In this document: piece after piece, positions 1 to 11,189 of the stretch | Layout of the letters: each line of letters begins with the position of its first letter | Position numbering within the stretch: position 1 is the first letter of the stretch | IMG/VR virus record: IMGVR_UViG_3300044796_000159 | Origin: a virus | Reading direction: 5' to 3' (one strand) | DNA: 64,000 nucleotides | Made by a program: the position numbers and the translations under genes | Notes under the pieces: generated by a model | The model's input: only the letters and a program-made list of their open reading frames with translations | The model's database searches: none | Told to the model about the DNA's origin: nothing

Positions 1-2040
1 AGATTGAAATTGTAATTTTCATTGGCACTTTCAAGTCTTTATCTATTTGCCATACAGTTTCATCATAGCTCATATCAAGACTAGTAATATACCCAGGCAA
101 TCCAACTCCATTAGCACCAGCAATTAAATCTCCGACTCTGACTCTTATAATAGGTCCAGCCAAGAAAAATCCGCTAGAATCATACATGGGATATACCATA
201 CTTTGCAGTCTTTGTAATTTATTATATATGACTGGCAAATCTCTTGGTCCCCACACTACCATATCAAAAGCCAAATTGATAGTTCTAGTAGTTCCTACAT
301 AAGTTGGAATTTGGTCAACGCGACCAAAAAATCTTTCTTCGTTCCATTCTGGAGTAAATGTTTCATTAAATCCAGCTTTTAAATAAGCTCTAAAATATAA
401 AAATTTACCTGCGCCTGGTTCTCTTAAATCGAAAAAAGAAAATGGCATATAATTTTGACTATCTGCAATAGGAGTTTGTAAAAATCCATTTTGTTCGTCT
501 AATGGGTCAAAATAAGCATCGCCATTATCTATTATGGGAGTGCTAGTCCCTCTTGTTTGACTAGCGACGGGAGCCGAAACATAAGTCATATCACTGCCCT
601 GACCTGGTGCGCCGCCAGGAAAAGGTCTATTAATAAATAAATTATCGTTCTTTAATTCGCCAGGAGTAAGAACTGCTGTAGTTCCTACCACATTGAATGC
701 CTGAAAGCTCGTTTGCAATTTATCCAAAGGGAAAGCTGCGTTCTGTTGGCTGTAAGGTCTATTTGGCGTATAAAGGTTGGTGTGCATACCCGCAAGTTGT
801 GCAACAAATTCTGCATCGCCACCAGTAGCCGCATCTATAGACAATGGAGGAAAGTTCGGTCCATTCTCTAATGTGTGTCCACCATTGTTACCAACGGATG
901 TAGTATCACCTATAAAACCAGGTGCCATAATAGGAGATTGAAGTTGTTGCAGTCTTTTAACTGGTGCGACTTGTGAATACAATCCTTGTCTCATTAAAAG
1001 TAATCTTTCGCCTGGCGCAAATACAGTATTGTTTAAATTCGTTTTATAATCAGAAATCATCGTTCCAATTGTAGGATGTTCCGTTGGAGATATACCTCTA
1101 GCTGGTAATAGAGCGCTCGGAAATGATAATGGATTCCAAACAAGATTACCAACGCCATAAGCTTGTGGGTCACCAATATTTAAAGAGGCAAGTAAAAAAT
1201 TGCTAGCTACCCAAGCAGCAGACTTTTTTAATGTTTCGTCTGTTACTTTGAAAAATCCTTGTTTAGAAATTGGGTCACTTTGAAATGACGGAGCGAAATA
1301 AACTTGTCCAGCAACATTTCTAGCCCAATGCGAGATGGCAAATGGGTCGAAATTACTTAATGAAGTGCCAGCGCCCAAAGTAGACTGTCCACCTTGCGTT
1401 AATAAATTTGGAAAATTATTATCATACAAGTTGTTTGCAATCTTAGAAGTATCTGGAGGATTACTTAAAAGAGATGGTGGGTCTCTTGGAGAAAACATTT
1501 CTCTTGTATTTAAAATAGGATTAACTCTTGGGTCTAATTGTCCCAAAGGAAAAATAGTTTGAGCATTATATGTAGAATTGTTGTTCGCAAAGTCGTTATT
1601 ATCAACAATTGCCGAAGGACTATTGGGAGAAAATGGAACTTTGTCAGAAAAAGTATTTCCTGGTTTATAATCTGGCAAAGGCATATCTCCAGTATTGCCT
1701 ACTAAATCGTTTGAGTTTTGAGGTGCGTAGGGATTGCCTGGGCCGTATTTGTTGCCGGGTGCTGAGTCTGGCGTTTGTAAAGTTGGCGTGCCCATAACAC
1801 TAGTGTTAAGCGGTGGTCTTGAAAGCGAGGGCGTGCCTATACCTTGATTGCTAATTGGCGGTCTTTGCAAGTTAGGAGTGCCTATGCCGCTTGTATTAAT
1901 TGGTAATGACTGCAATGGAGGTGTGCCTATTCCACTTGGAGTAAATGGAGGTCTTTGCAATGCGGGCGTACCAACTCCAGCATTACCAGCTAATATGCCA
2001 CCAATAAGTTGATTTACAAGGTCTAATATTGATGCCATTT
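1..2040 (-). CDS. Baseplate/tail-tube-associated structural protein, 3' end truncated by window edge, with proline-rich N-terminal tandem repeats
   Basis: Continuous minus-strand open frame read by hand from ATG at 2040 to base 1 (MASILDLVNQLIGGILAGNAGVGTPALQRPPFTPSGIGTPPLQ...GTTRTINLAFDMVVWGPRDLPVIYNKLQRLQSMVYPMYDSSGFFLAGPIIRVRVGDLIAGANGVGLPGYITSLDMSYDETVWQIDKDLK...). Absent from the ORF track because it has no stop. Sits downstream of the tape measure; resemblance to gp48/gp54-type proteins is from memory only. Confidence 0.6.
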
Positions 2041-2041
2041 G

Positions 2042-4417
2042 TTAAACTCCGCGTGCCTTATCCATAATGCCTCTGGCAAAATAATTACCATCTGCATCTA
2101 TTAATCTTATAATTACTTCTTTATCATTCGATGCATGTTCTGCTAAAGCTTCTTTGTGTGCATCCTTCATCATTTTCTTTGTTTCTTTTTCTTGCTTTTC
2201 TTTTTGTTCTTTTGAAACTTTCGATTTTGTAGCAGTATTAACGGTTTCTGTTTTAGGAGCTTTGATTTCTACCTTAGAATTCATTCTATCATTGAGTTCT
2301 TGTTGAAGCTTCTGAAATTTTGCTTGTACTGATGGCATATTTCTTTCGCCAGAACCTAATTTGTCAAACTTTTCATCGGCAGAACCACCTATATCTGAAA
2401 GTGTTTTGGCTAATGCAATCTTCTTTTTTGCATCTTCTTCAGACAATCCAAATTTATTTTGTTCTTTCATTTGAACTGCGCCGAGTACTCCTTCTTTATT
2501 TAGAAGTTTTTTCAATGTCAGTTGTTCATCTAATGTTTTATTTTGTTTATCCATTAAATCTATAGCGTCTTGTGCTCTACTATTATCAATAGGAGATACT
2601 ATACTATCAAATTTATCTTTAAACTTACCGATATTATCGCCAGCTTTATTTATGCTAGATGTCATATCTGTCATAAATTTTTCAATGTTATGAGCAAAAT
2701 CTCCAATTGGCTTATCTGCACTGCTAAAACCAAACAGTTTCGCAATGAAATTAGTAATAGACAAACCTAATTGTTCAAGTAGTGGTTGCCAAGATATTAA
2801 AGTACTTTTGATAGTTGATAATGATTCATTCCATTTCATATCAACATCTGCCATTTTTTTCTTTTGATTCTCTTCCGCTTTCAATTGATTGACGCGTTTT
2901 TGACTTGAGAAATATAATGCAGCTTGAGCGCCGTCAAGACCTGTTGCAGCTTTAATTGCATTCTGTTCAAAAGGATTAAGCTTTTCATATGCTTTTCCTT
3001 GGCCCAATAATTCTTTTCTAATCATCTCCATGCGTTTAACTGGATTTGTTTCCAACATTAATTTCATAGAATTGATGTTAGTACCAAAGGCCGAATTTAA
3101 TTTAGCCGCAGCAGTGGCAGAACCTTCAAATGAATCTAATTGCTCACCGAAGGCCGCATTAATATCTTTTATAGAAGTGCCATACAATCTAGCAACGGCA
3201 GTTGATTTACCAAATTCAACTCTATTTTTAACGCCAAAACGAGAAAGAAGGTCTGGCGCTTGAGCCATATCTCTCATAACGCTATGAATAGGAATATTAA
3301 ATTTCTTTGCATAAAGTTCAGCAGAACCTAATGCTTGATTCATTTCTTTTGAGCCTGCACCTACTGCTTGAAATTGTTTTGCAAACTCTCCAACTTCTTT
3401 TCCAGACAGTCCTAAGACGGCAGACATCTTAGTTCCAATACTAAGAATTGATGGGTCAATTTTAACTTGGTCTAATCCTTCAACTAAATCACCAACAATC
3501 TTAACGCCTTCTTGAAATGAATGCCCTAATCTTTCAAACTGCATACCAGTTGAAATAGCTTGACTTCTTACTTCTTTCATTCCCGTTCCGAACGCTACCT
3601 AATTGTTTATTAAGCTCGGCATAGGCTGGCATAACTTTCTTATCAAGAAAGTCCCAATGATTCATGAACAGTTTAAAGAATACTACGGCGGCAGCAGCAG
3701 CCGCAGCTAAACCAGCAATGAGCAATCCTTCTGGACTGAATAATATTTCAGCAAAACCAGAAGCTTTTTCTAATCCTTCGGTTAAAACACTGCCTAACCC
3801 GCCGCCTTCTTTTTTGGCATCAAAAAGTTTCTTTGACATTCCACCAAAAGAAGTAAGCATCTTGTCAGCAGCAATGGTAGGATTCTTTATTTGTTCAGCG
3901 ATTCCATCAACAGTATCTTTAACATTTTCCATATTAGCTAAATTCATCTTGTTTTGATGAAGTTGCTTATTAGTTAATAAAATACTTTGTTGTATTTCTT
4001 TATTAATTCTAAATTCTAATTCGGCTGCTTTTTTAAGAGCTTTTTCTTTTTCTTTATCGCTCGCCTTAGAACTATCAAGCTCTTTATTGATTTTCTTATA
4101 CATGTCATGAATGCCAAGCTTTAATTTCTTAGCAATTTCATCTTGTATCTTAGAAGCAAATTTTGAATCTTTCTGCATCTTGTCTTGGATATCAGAAATG
4201 TTTTCAAAGCCTTTACCAAGCTTATTTGATGTCTGTAAAATATCCTCAAGAATTCCGAGAATAATCTAGAGTAGATTTAGTACCTTCTACAATTCTATCG
4301 ACAAGGGTTTTTTGATGGGTGGTAATTTGACCCAACATAACGCCGAATGTCTTTCATGACAGACTGCATCTCTTTAAATGTATCTAGAGACTCTTTATCT
4401 ACTTTATCATTAGCCAT
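2042..4417 (-). CDS. Tail tape measure-like protein, needs three +1 shifts at CGG (4343-4345, 4255-4257, 3588-3590)
   Basis: Joins MANDKVDKESLDTFKEMQSVMKDI|GVMLGQITTHQKTLVDRIVEGTKSTLDYS|GILEDILQTSNKLGKG... (ORF 3534..4178) ...ELNKQLGSV|GTGMKEVRSQAISTGMQFERLG... (ORF 2042..3580). 2376 nt minus 3 = 791 codons. Long helical protein with a hydrophobic stretch (LLIAGLAAAAAAAVVFF). Confidence 0.75.
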
Positions 4418-4440
4418 TAATGATAATTAGACCATAAAGA

Positions 4441-4794
4441 TTAAATGCGATAAAGAGATTTTATAATAGTTGGAAGTTCGATTTTGTATTCTTTCTCAAA
4501 ATCAATCAATTCTTGTCTTGTTTTGTTAACTTCTATATTGGCCGCATTAAATTCTTCATTTAAAGCTTGCTGGGATTGGGATGCTTCTTGATAGATAGCC
4601 AAGACTTGTGTTAGGCCGTCTTTAATGGCCCGTAGCTGCGTTATCTTAGTAGATGGCTTGGGAACTATCTCCCCATTGGGAAGCGTCTCTACGAGGCTAT
4701 TAAACATCTCTGCAAGCCTTGCAGATTGTACTTCCATCTCTTTTTTGAAGTCTTTGGCGAATGTTTTTTGATTGAGCATGGCTCTAGTATACAC
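4441..4794 (-). CDS. Small coiled-coil tail-region protein
   Basis: ORF 117 aa, helical, between tape measure and hub gene. Confidence 0.5.
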   Translation of the reverse strand: MYTRAMLNQKTFAKDFKKEMEVQSARLAEMFNSLVETLPNGEIVPKPSTKITQLRAIKDGLTQVLAIYQEASQSQQALNEEFNAANIEVNKTRQELIDFEKEYKIELPTIIKSLYRI

Positions 4795-4814
4795 TAGGCC
4801 GCAGAAATGTCAAA

Positions 4815-5055
4815 TTATTTGGAAGATGGAGTTTTTAAGTTCTTCTTAAGAAACTTATTTCTTTCGTTTCTGGAAAGTGGTTGATTTGGGTCTTCATGTC
4901 CCTTATCTTTGTTTTCAATTTCTTTTTGTTTATTCCAACGTTGTATTAAAAACTTTCTAATTGGAACAGGAATTGACATAGCATCATGATATGAATTTCC
5001 TTTAAAAATATATTGAATAATAAAGATTTCTTCTAAGAAGAGGTCTTTTTTACTT
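4815..5055 (-). CDS. Small ORF overlapping the 3' end of the gp26-like gene, start codon unclear
   Basis: Frame reads ...SKKDLFLEEIFIIQYIFKGNSYHDAMSIPVPIRKFLIQRWNKQKEIENKDKGHEDPNQPLSRNERNKFLKKNLKTPSSK*; no in-frame ATG before the internal DAM codon. Confidence 0.5.
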
Positions 5056-5928
5056 GCCGAGGTCAGGCCAAAAAAAGGTAGAGCCTAATGGCATGTTTAC
5101 CTCGCTTTGTGTATCGCAATGTGGACACATAACCTTTTGCTTCATATCTACTTCTGGTTCTATATCATTGATGTGCTGTCTTAAAGCTCTTGCGTCAGAA
5201 GCTCTCATGCTCTTTACCGCATATGCAATTTTTTGTCTATCTGTTTCTCCATTAATAGAAACGACAGATTGAAATAATTTTGTAGTGACTGAACCGTCTA
5301 TTTGATTACCGACTTTCTTTTTACCTTCGAGAATTTTTGCAATTTCTGCTTCGTCTTTTGCGGTAAAAAGTTTGAAATGAGTTTCGGCTCCACTATGCGG
5401 AAGTCTGAAATTAAATAAATTTGTATTTGGTTGAAGGGGCTTAGCTCCCAAACCCTTAACTTTTAACGCGCCCAAAGAAAATGTATTATCGAAATCTTTA
5501 TCGCAAGAATTACAAGTAATCTTAGTTTCATATTCCGAACCGTAACCAGTCACGCGAAGACCAATAAGAATTGCATTTCTATCGCCAGAAAGCATTTCTT
5601 CAGGGTCTATTGTTTTATTTAACATACAATATTTCAATAATTGATTTATTACAGTTCCATTCTTAATTAATGCGCGCGAAGTTAAAATATCTTCACAGTA
5701 CGCATCCATTGCTTTAATTTCTACAGATTCTTCATTAGCAAGAGGACTTCCTACAGGATAAATCAATCCCTTACTTGGCAATGAAATTAATTCAGCAGGA
5801 ATTTGTGGAATAGAAGAAACTTGCTGTACTTGAGTTTGAGTTGTTTGTTGCTGCATGTAATGCTTTCTCAAGTTTGGGTCTAATGGTTGGTCAACGTCTG
5901 CGTTAGCTTGTTGAAATGGAGTGGTCAT
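5050..5928 (-). CDS. T4 gp26-like baseplate hub / hub assembly protein
   Basis: ELISLPSKGLIYPVGSPLANEESVEIKAMDAYCEDILTSRALIKNGTVINQLLKYC pattern, Cys4 zinc-like motifs (CNSCD, CPHCD), position upstream of the tape measure. Confidence 0.6.
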   Translation of the reverse strand: MTTPFQQANADVDQPLDPNLRKHYMQQQTTQTQVQQVSSIPQIPAELISLPSKGLIYPVGSPLANEESVEIKAMDAYCEDILTSRALIKNGTVINQLLKYCMLNKTIDPEEMLSGDRNAILIGLRVTGYGSEYETKITCNSCDKDFDNTFSLGALKVKGLGAKPLQPNTNLFNFRLPHSGAETHFKLFTAKDEAEIAKILEGKKKVGNQIDGSVTTKLFQSVVSINGETDRQKIAYAVKSMRASDARALRQHINDIEPEVDMKQKVMCPHCDTQSEVNMPLGSTFFWPDLGK

Positions 5929-6101
5929 GTATTATTTTCCTTTTATAATAAATTTTTCTAAAGATTTAACTAAGTTTTTATATTCTTCTGGACGCTCTTG
6001 TATCATTTTTTGAATAAGTTCTTCAGCATCCTTTTGAATGCGTTCTATATCAATTGGTGATGGCGGCATGGGGCCATATCTTGTACAACAAGGGCAGGAC
6101 A

Positions 6102-6428
6102 TTATTTACTTCCTTGTCTATCGTTTTTTATATTATTATAGATATTTAAAAAATTAACAGCCATCTTATAAAGACCACTGTAATTAAAGTTTTTCTTTCT
6201 TGCCACAAAAGCCATCATATCCGTATCGAATTCTGCCGGATTTTTAAATATGCTTACTCCATAAAGTAACTTTACATCATCTACAAATTCAGGAGTAACA
6301 TATTCGCCTTCAAAATCAATACCAATTGGTCCAATTTTGCAGGAATTGTTTTCATCAAACTTAAAACCTAATGATTGTAATTTGATTTTGAATTCATCAA
6401 AATCGCGGACATGATAAATGTCTTCCAT
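6102..6428 (-). CDS. Hypothetical protein
   Basis: Intact ORF 108 aa in operon order. Confidence 0.5.
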   Translation of the reverse strand: MEDIYHVRDFDEFKIKLQSLGFKFDENNSCKIGPIGIDFEGEYVTPEFVDDVKLLYGVSIFKNPAEFDTDMMAFVARKKNFNYSGLYKMAVNFLNIYNNIKNDRQGSK

Positions 6429-6474
6429 AATGTATTAATATATACATCGGAAGGAAAATTTTGTAAAGGTTTAA

Positions 6475-6969
6475 TTAGAACAGGAGGGTTGATTGGTCGA
6501 AGCGGAGAACCATTGCAATTTCAACTGGGTCTGAAGAAGCATAATCCAAGTCACCATAATTGGAATCTTGAACCCAAGTGCCATCCATTTCCCAATCTTC
6601 TACAACTGCGCCGGCTGGGTCTAACAGTTTAAGATTGATTGATTTCTTATAGAATTGAGCGTAACCCATTCTACCAGTGTTATTTTCCCAGCAAAGACGA
6701 ATCCATTCCATAACCTTTTGTGAGGCAGATGGAACAATTGGGTCATAAAGAGTTAAATTGAGTGGAGCCCAAGTACCCTTGCCAGCCAAATAACGCTTTT
6801 GGTTAATGTAGTCAATGACAGTTTCATCAAATGTCAATTGTGGTCTAGAAGCAATCTTAGCAGTAAAGGCATCAATGCCATTGATTGCTATAATCCATCT
6901 AAACTTTCTTTTTGGCTCGAAATTATCTGCCAAAAGTTGATTTATTTCTAATATTTCCGTAGCTGCCAT
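6475..6969 (-). CDS. Tail tube protein (T4 gp19-like)
   Basis: PKRKFRWIIAINGIDAFTAKIASRPQLTFDETVIDYINQKRYLAGKGTWAPLNLTLYDPI...; directly downstream of the sheath gene. Confidence 0.85.
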   Translation of the reverse strand: MAATEILEINQLLADNFEPKRKFRWIIAINGIDAFTAKIASRPQLTFDETVIDYINQKRYLAGKGTWAPLNLTLYDPIVPSASQKVMEWIRLCWENNTGRMGYAQFYKKSINLKLLDPAGAVVEDWEMDGTWVQDSNYGDLDYASSDPVEIAMVLRFDQSTLLF

Positions 6970-7041
6970 TTAAATTATGTTCTCCGTAGTTGAAAATTAT
7001 ATAATATAACTATTTCTATATTATCTTTTCACTCCTAAAAA

Positions 7042-9426
7042 TTAACCGTTGTCGAAAGTCGCACCAGATTTAGAAATAGTAAATGGAACGATGATAAACT
7101 CAGCAGTCTTGGTTGGAACCAAGAATATTTGACCAATCATTTGATTTCTATCGATAATGTCTGGGGTGTTATTGGTGCTATCGCAAACAACCTTAAACGT
7201 ATCAATACCGCTCTTTTGTTGGATGTCTGTCAAAATTGGATTAACCAATTGACGGAATCTTGTTTGAGTCGCTGAATCGTTTTGCTCGAATACGAGGAAC
7301 TTAACAGCAGACGCAATAAGCTTCTCAGCTTTCAAAAGCAATCTACGAACGTTAATTCTATCCAAAGCTGAAGACGCTAATTGAAGAGTCTTTTGACCCC
7401 AAATTACACCTTGTGGTACATCTGGGAATCTAGCAATTGGGTTAATTCTATTTTCATACAAGTTATCGCGCTCATCTGAATCCAATTGGTCAGTAATCGC
7501 AGAAACGTTAAAGCCAATCGTAGTCATTGACAAACCAGCTCTATTCAAGCCGGCAGGCGCAAACCATGGATAAGAAACTCTATCGTTATAAGCAATACAA
7601 CCGAGAGCTGGAATTGATGCTGGAAGAGTAATAACTCCACCGTTTACATCGTCTCTAACTCTAATTGAAGGATAATAACAACCTGCATAATTACTATCAA
7701 TACCTAATCCTCTAACGTTTTGAATAACAGAACTTACAGTAGTTCCTGAAACATCCATTACATAAAAAACGTCTGCTCTGTTCGTCATATTCGTTAGAGC
7801 ATATTTTGTTACGGTACTAGCGTAAACGCCTGGAATACCTAACATATTAAGGTCAATAAAATCTGGATTGGCAATAACATCAACCGCTTGTCTTAAGGCT
7901 TGAGTACCTAATTGACTAACGCCAACCAACTGTGTTTCGTTTTGTAGTGGGTCTGCCAATCTAACGTCGAAACCATCATAACCGAAAGCAACTGGCACTG
8001 TGAATTTGGCCAAATTAGTTTCAAGAGTCAAAGCAGAGGTAGTATCACCTGGAGCTTTTTGTTGAGCAGCCGCATTACCAACCGTATAAGCTAATGTACT
8101 TAAGGTAGAACCAGAAATATTAGCCAAGCTAAAATCCGCATCAGAACCAGTCATCGCTGAATACAATGAGAATCTTCCGGTAACGTTACCAGAAAGAACA
8201 GTTTCCAATCCCCAATAAACATATGATTGAGCTTCTGATTGAGTTTCTTTGTCTTTTAAGTCTGCAACTAAAGGCAGAGCCAAAATTCCAGATTTAACAA
8301 CACCTGCACCGGAGCCAGAAATAGTTAAGTCTGGTTTTACGAGACCTCTATAACCCCATGGAAGAGCAGAGTTTGGAAATGACGCAGTACAAAGTTCAAT
8401 ACGAATCAATTTAGAATTATTGTCGTAATTGCCATGCTCTACAATCTTTCCTCTAGTATTGTCGAAAGTGAAAAACTTATCGCCAACAGTTGACATAATA
8501 TAATTTGGGTCAGTTGGGTCAAATGAAAGATTAGTAAATGCTTCAACAATAGAAGTATTTTGGTCGGTATCTCCGAAATCTCTAATTTCCAAATCGAATT
8601 TACCGAATGGATTAACTAAAGGAGCTGGTGATACACGAACGTTATTGATGGAAACTTTAAATCTTCCATTTTCTGCAACGCCGTGACCAATTGTATGAAT
8701 TTTAATAAGGTTGTATTCAGTGGTTCCACCAAATAATTGTGATTTAATCCAAGGAGTTGAACCAGAATTGAAACCGAAGTTAAAGTTCGTAACGACCGCG
8801 TGGGTGCCAGAAGTGTAGGTTGCATTGCCACCAACGGTAGTCTTTAGAGCGTAATCATATACTTCTCTTAAGTAATAACCAAATTGATTATAGGCAGTTG
8901 GGTCTGTATTTAAAACGTTCTTGACATAAAGTGAGCTTTGGCTCAAGAATGATGCAGAAGAAGCGAGATAAGTGTTTGAACCGCTTGAAATGTTAACAAA
9001 GAACAAATCATTGCCCAAATCGGTAACAGTAAGTGTGGCTCCAGAGCCTGAAACTTCTACCGTTGCCATAACAACGCCAGTAGAGCCGGTTATTGCATCA
9101 ATGGACCATATACTGTCGGCAGCATAACCTGGAGTTACGGCTGCTCCGTTTACGGTTCTACCCGATGGTCCTAAAACTCTTATGATATTAGCAGTTGCAG
9201 AATTCTTCAGATAAGCTCTTGCCGCATATGGCAAGAGATAATCTTGATTTAAGTCGCCGAAATATGATGTAAATTCATTATATGTACTTACGGTAACAGG
9301 AACGAAAGCCGGTCCTTGTGGTGCTCTACCAATCAAAGCACAGCCAATTGAACCAACGCCTGGTCCTAAAAATGATTGGTCTATTTCTTGTACGAATACG
9401 CCTGGTGAAACTATTGATTTTGCCAT
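7042..9426 (-). CDS. Tail sheath protein (T4 gp18-like)
   Basis: SPGVFVQEIDQSFLGPGVGSIGCALIGRAPQGPAFVPVTVSTYNEFTSYFG...; C-terminal RRLLLKAEKLIASAVKFLVFEQNDSATQTRFRQLVNPILTDIQQKSGI. Confidence 0.95.
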   Translation of the reverse strand: MAKSIVSPGVFVQEIDQSFLGPGVGSIGCALIGRAPQGPAFVPVTVSTYNEFTSYFGDLNQDYLLPYAARAYLKNSATANIIRVLGPSGRTVNGAAVTPGYAADSIWSIDAITGSTGVVMATVEVSGSGATLTVTDLGNDLFFVNISSGSNTYLASSASFLSQSSLYVKNVLNTDPTAYNQFGYYLREVYDYALKTTVGGNATYTSGTHAVVTNFNFGFNSGSTPWIKSQLFGGTTEYNLIKIHTIGHGVAENGRFKVSINNVRVSPAPLVNPFGKFDLEIRDFGDTDQNTSIVEAFTNLSFDPTDPNYIMSTVGDKFFTFDNTRGKIVEHGNYDNNSKLIRIELCTASFPNSALPWGYRGLVKPDLTISGSGAGVVKSGILALPLVADLKDKETQSEAQSYVYWGLETVLSGNVTGRFSLYSAMTGSDADFSLANISGSTLSTLAYTVGNAAAQQKAPGDTTSALTLETNLAKFTVPVAFGYDGFDVRLADPLQNETQLVGVSQLGTQALRQAVDVIANPDFIDLNMLGIPGVYASTVTKYALTNMTNRADVFYVMDVSGTTVSSVIQNVRGLGIDSNYAGCYYPSIRVRDDVNGGVITLPASIPALGCIAYNDRVSYPWFAPAGLNRAGLSMTTIGFNVSAITDQLDSDERDNLYENRINPIARFPDVPQGVIWGQKTLQLASSALDRINVRRLLLKAEKLIASAVKFLVFEQNDSATQTRFRQLVNPILTDIQQKSGIDTFKVVCDSTNNTPDIIDRNQMIGQIFLVPTKTAEFIIVPFTISKSGATFDNG

Positions 9427-9512
9427 TTATGTAACTTTAGCCTCCCAAATTGGGGTTAATATTTAAAAATCTACATATAATTACTTCTTTAAAAAACTAA
9501 AAGAATATTTCA

Positions 9513-10410
9513 TTATTTAGTATTCTTTGAAGACAGCAATATATCTGTTTCATTTATAATATCGGTCGAGTTACCGTTTACCATTAAACCTTCTTGTACT
9601 CTAACATCTACTACGCTTTGATTTTTATATACAACCTTGCTATTATCGTCCGTTTTTGAATTGTCTCTGTTTCTTCCGTAAGCTAAAGTTTCATCTTTTG
9701 GGTCTAGAATTAAATATGCTGGTACTTTAATTCTGTATTTATATTTTATGATTCTTTCTTGTTCCGTAAATTCATCCACGTTTGTTTGTGGCTCGAAATT
9801 TCCGTCTCTAAATCCCACTAATCTATAGCCTTCGCCTTTCTTTGCTTTGTCATACTTTGTATACATGACAAAACTACCTACCGCTTTAAAAATATAATTA
9901 AAAGAAATTTTTTCTAATATTTGATTCATCTGAGATTGGTATTGAGACCAAATCTCTATTTCATAAGGAACAGTACAAAAATCTGGAAAGGGAATTGTTA
10001 AATATTCCTTTACTGCTTTTACCTTTTGTTGAGGAAAGCCTAGATTCTTTCTCTGTTGAACCAACTGATTAAATATAGAAGTTTTAGGATGGATATCTTT
10101 TGATATAGTAATATAGGGAACGTCCGTAGGCATTGCTAGCATGCCAGGAGTTCTATCTATTGGTAATCTTGTAATTGCAATAATTGGCAATACTAGGGTT
10201 TTATTTTTGTCTCTTAAGTCTTCTACTCTGCTTATTTTCCATCTTTCGCCCGTAGCAAAATTAATAGGAACCTTTTTATTTCCAGCTTCAGTTTCGACAC
10301 TAATATCAAGCTTGATATCAAAATAGTCTTTCGTAGCCTTATCGACATCTTTAAGCCCGAAGAGTTGCTATTTCATATCTGCCTTTTTTATCTTTGGTCG
10401 AATTATTCAC
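9513..10410 (-). CDS. Tail completion / sheath-stabilizer-like protein (gp15-like), +1 shift at CGG 10357-10359
   Basis: GTG start at 10410: VNNSTKDKKGRYEIATL|GLKDVDKATKDYFDIKLDISVETEAGNKKVPINFATGERWKISRVEDLRDKNKTLVLPIIAITRLPIDRTPG...; 898 nt minus 1 = 299 codons. Confidence 0.7.
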
Positions 10411-11173
10411 TTGGTGTACCTGGTTTAAATTCTAATTTAAATGGTACTTGTGGAGTTTCCAAAAAATCTCTAATTGAAGAAACCGGAACAATATAAGAAT
10501 AACATGCAAGTGCTGACCCTTGAACTAAACATTCAATAGCGTCTGCAATACCGACAACTTGTCCATTTTCATTCAAAATAGGACCGCCAGAATTTCCATG
10601 CCATAAAGTCATATCGGTAACCATCAATTTAGTCTTGCGTAAACGAAAAGTATATTTACCAACGACACCACTTGTAACCATTTCGCATCCAATTTCGGCT
10701 GGACAACCTACACCATAAATTTTAGAAAATTGCGGAGGGTCTTCTTTTGCTAATTTAACTAATTTTCTAGAACATGGCATACTTAAAGAAAGTAGTGCCA
10801 AATCTGATTTTTCATCTACTTTAGATGGAAAAGCTAAAATATTCATATCATCGCACTTTATTGATATCTCTGGAGCCGCTTTAATGCAGTGAGCAGCAGT
10901 AAGAGCTATTCCATCGCCAATCATTGAGGCGGTGCAACCAATTTGATATTCTGATGCTACTCCGACCATCTCTAAAGATTCCTTTACATCTAACGACTCA
11001 AAATAACTTCCATTTTCTGGTTGAATAGCGTCATCATCATATGGCATACTTTCAACAACGATAGCGGGAGCTGGTGTATCTGGAGATACTACTACTGGAG
11101 GCAATACAGCCGCAGGAGCACAAGCACTAAAAATTACGGCAACAGACAAGACTCTCATTAAACTTCTAAACAT
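10403..11173 (-). CDS. Trypsin-like serine protease with putative lipoprotein signal
   Basis: MFRSLMRVLSVAVIFSACAP (lipobox-like FSAC), LTAAHC (His), SDLALL (Asp), GNSGGP (Ser). Confidence 0.85.
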   Translation of the reverse strand: MFRSLMRVLSVAVIFSACAPAAVLPPVVVSPDTPAPAIVVESMPYDDDAIQPENGSYFESLDVKESLEMVGVASEYQIGCTASMIGDGIALTAAHCIKAAPEISIKCDDMNILAFPSKVDEKSDLALLSLSMPCSRKLVKLAKEDPPQFSKIYGVGCPAEIGCEMVTSGVVGKYTFRLRKTKLMVTDMTLWHGNSGGPILNENGQVVGIADAIECLVQGSALACYSYIVPVSSIRDFLETPQVPFKLEFKPGTPSE

Positions 11174-11189
11174 AATAATACCACCTTTT

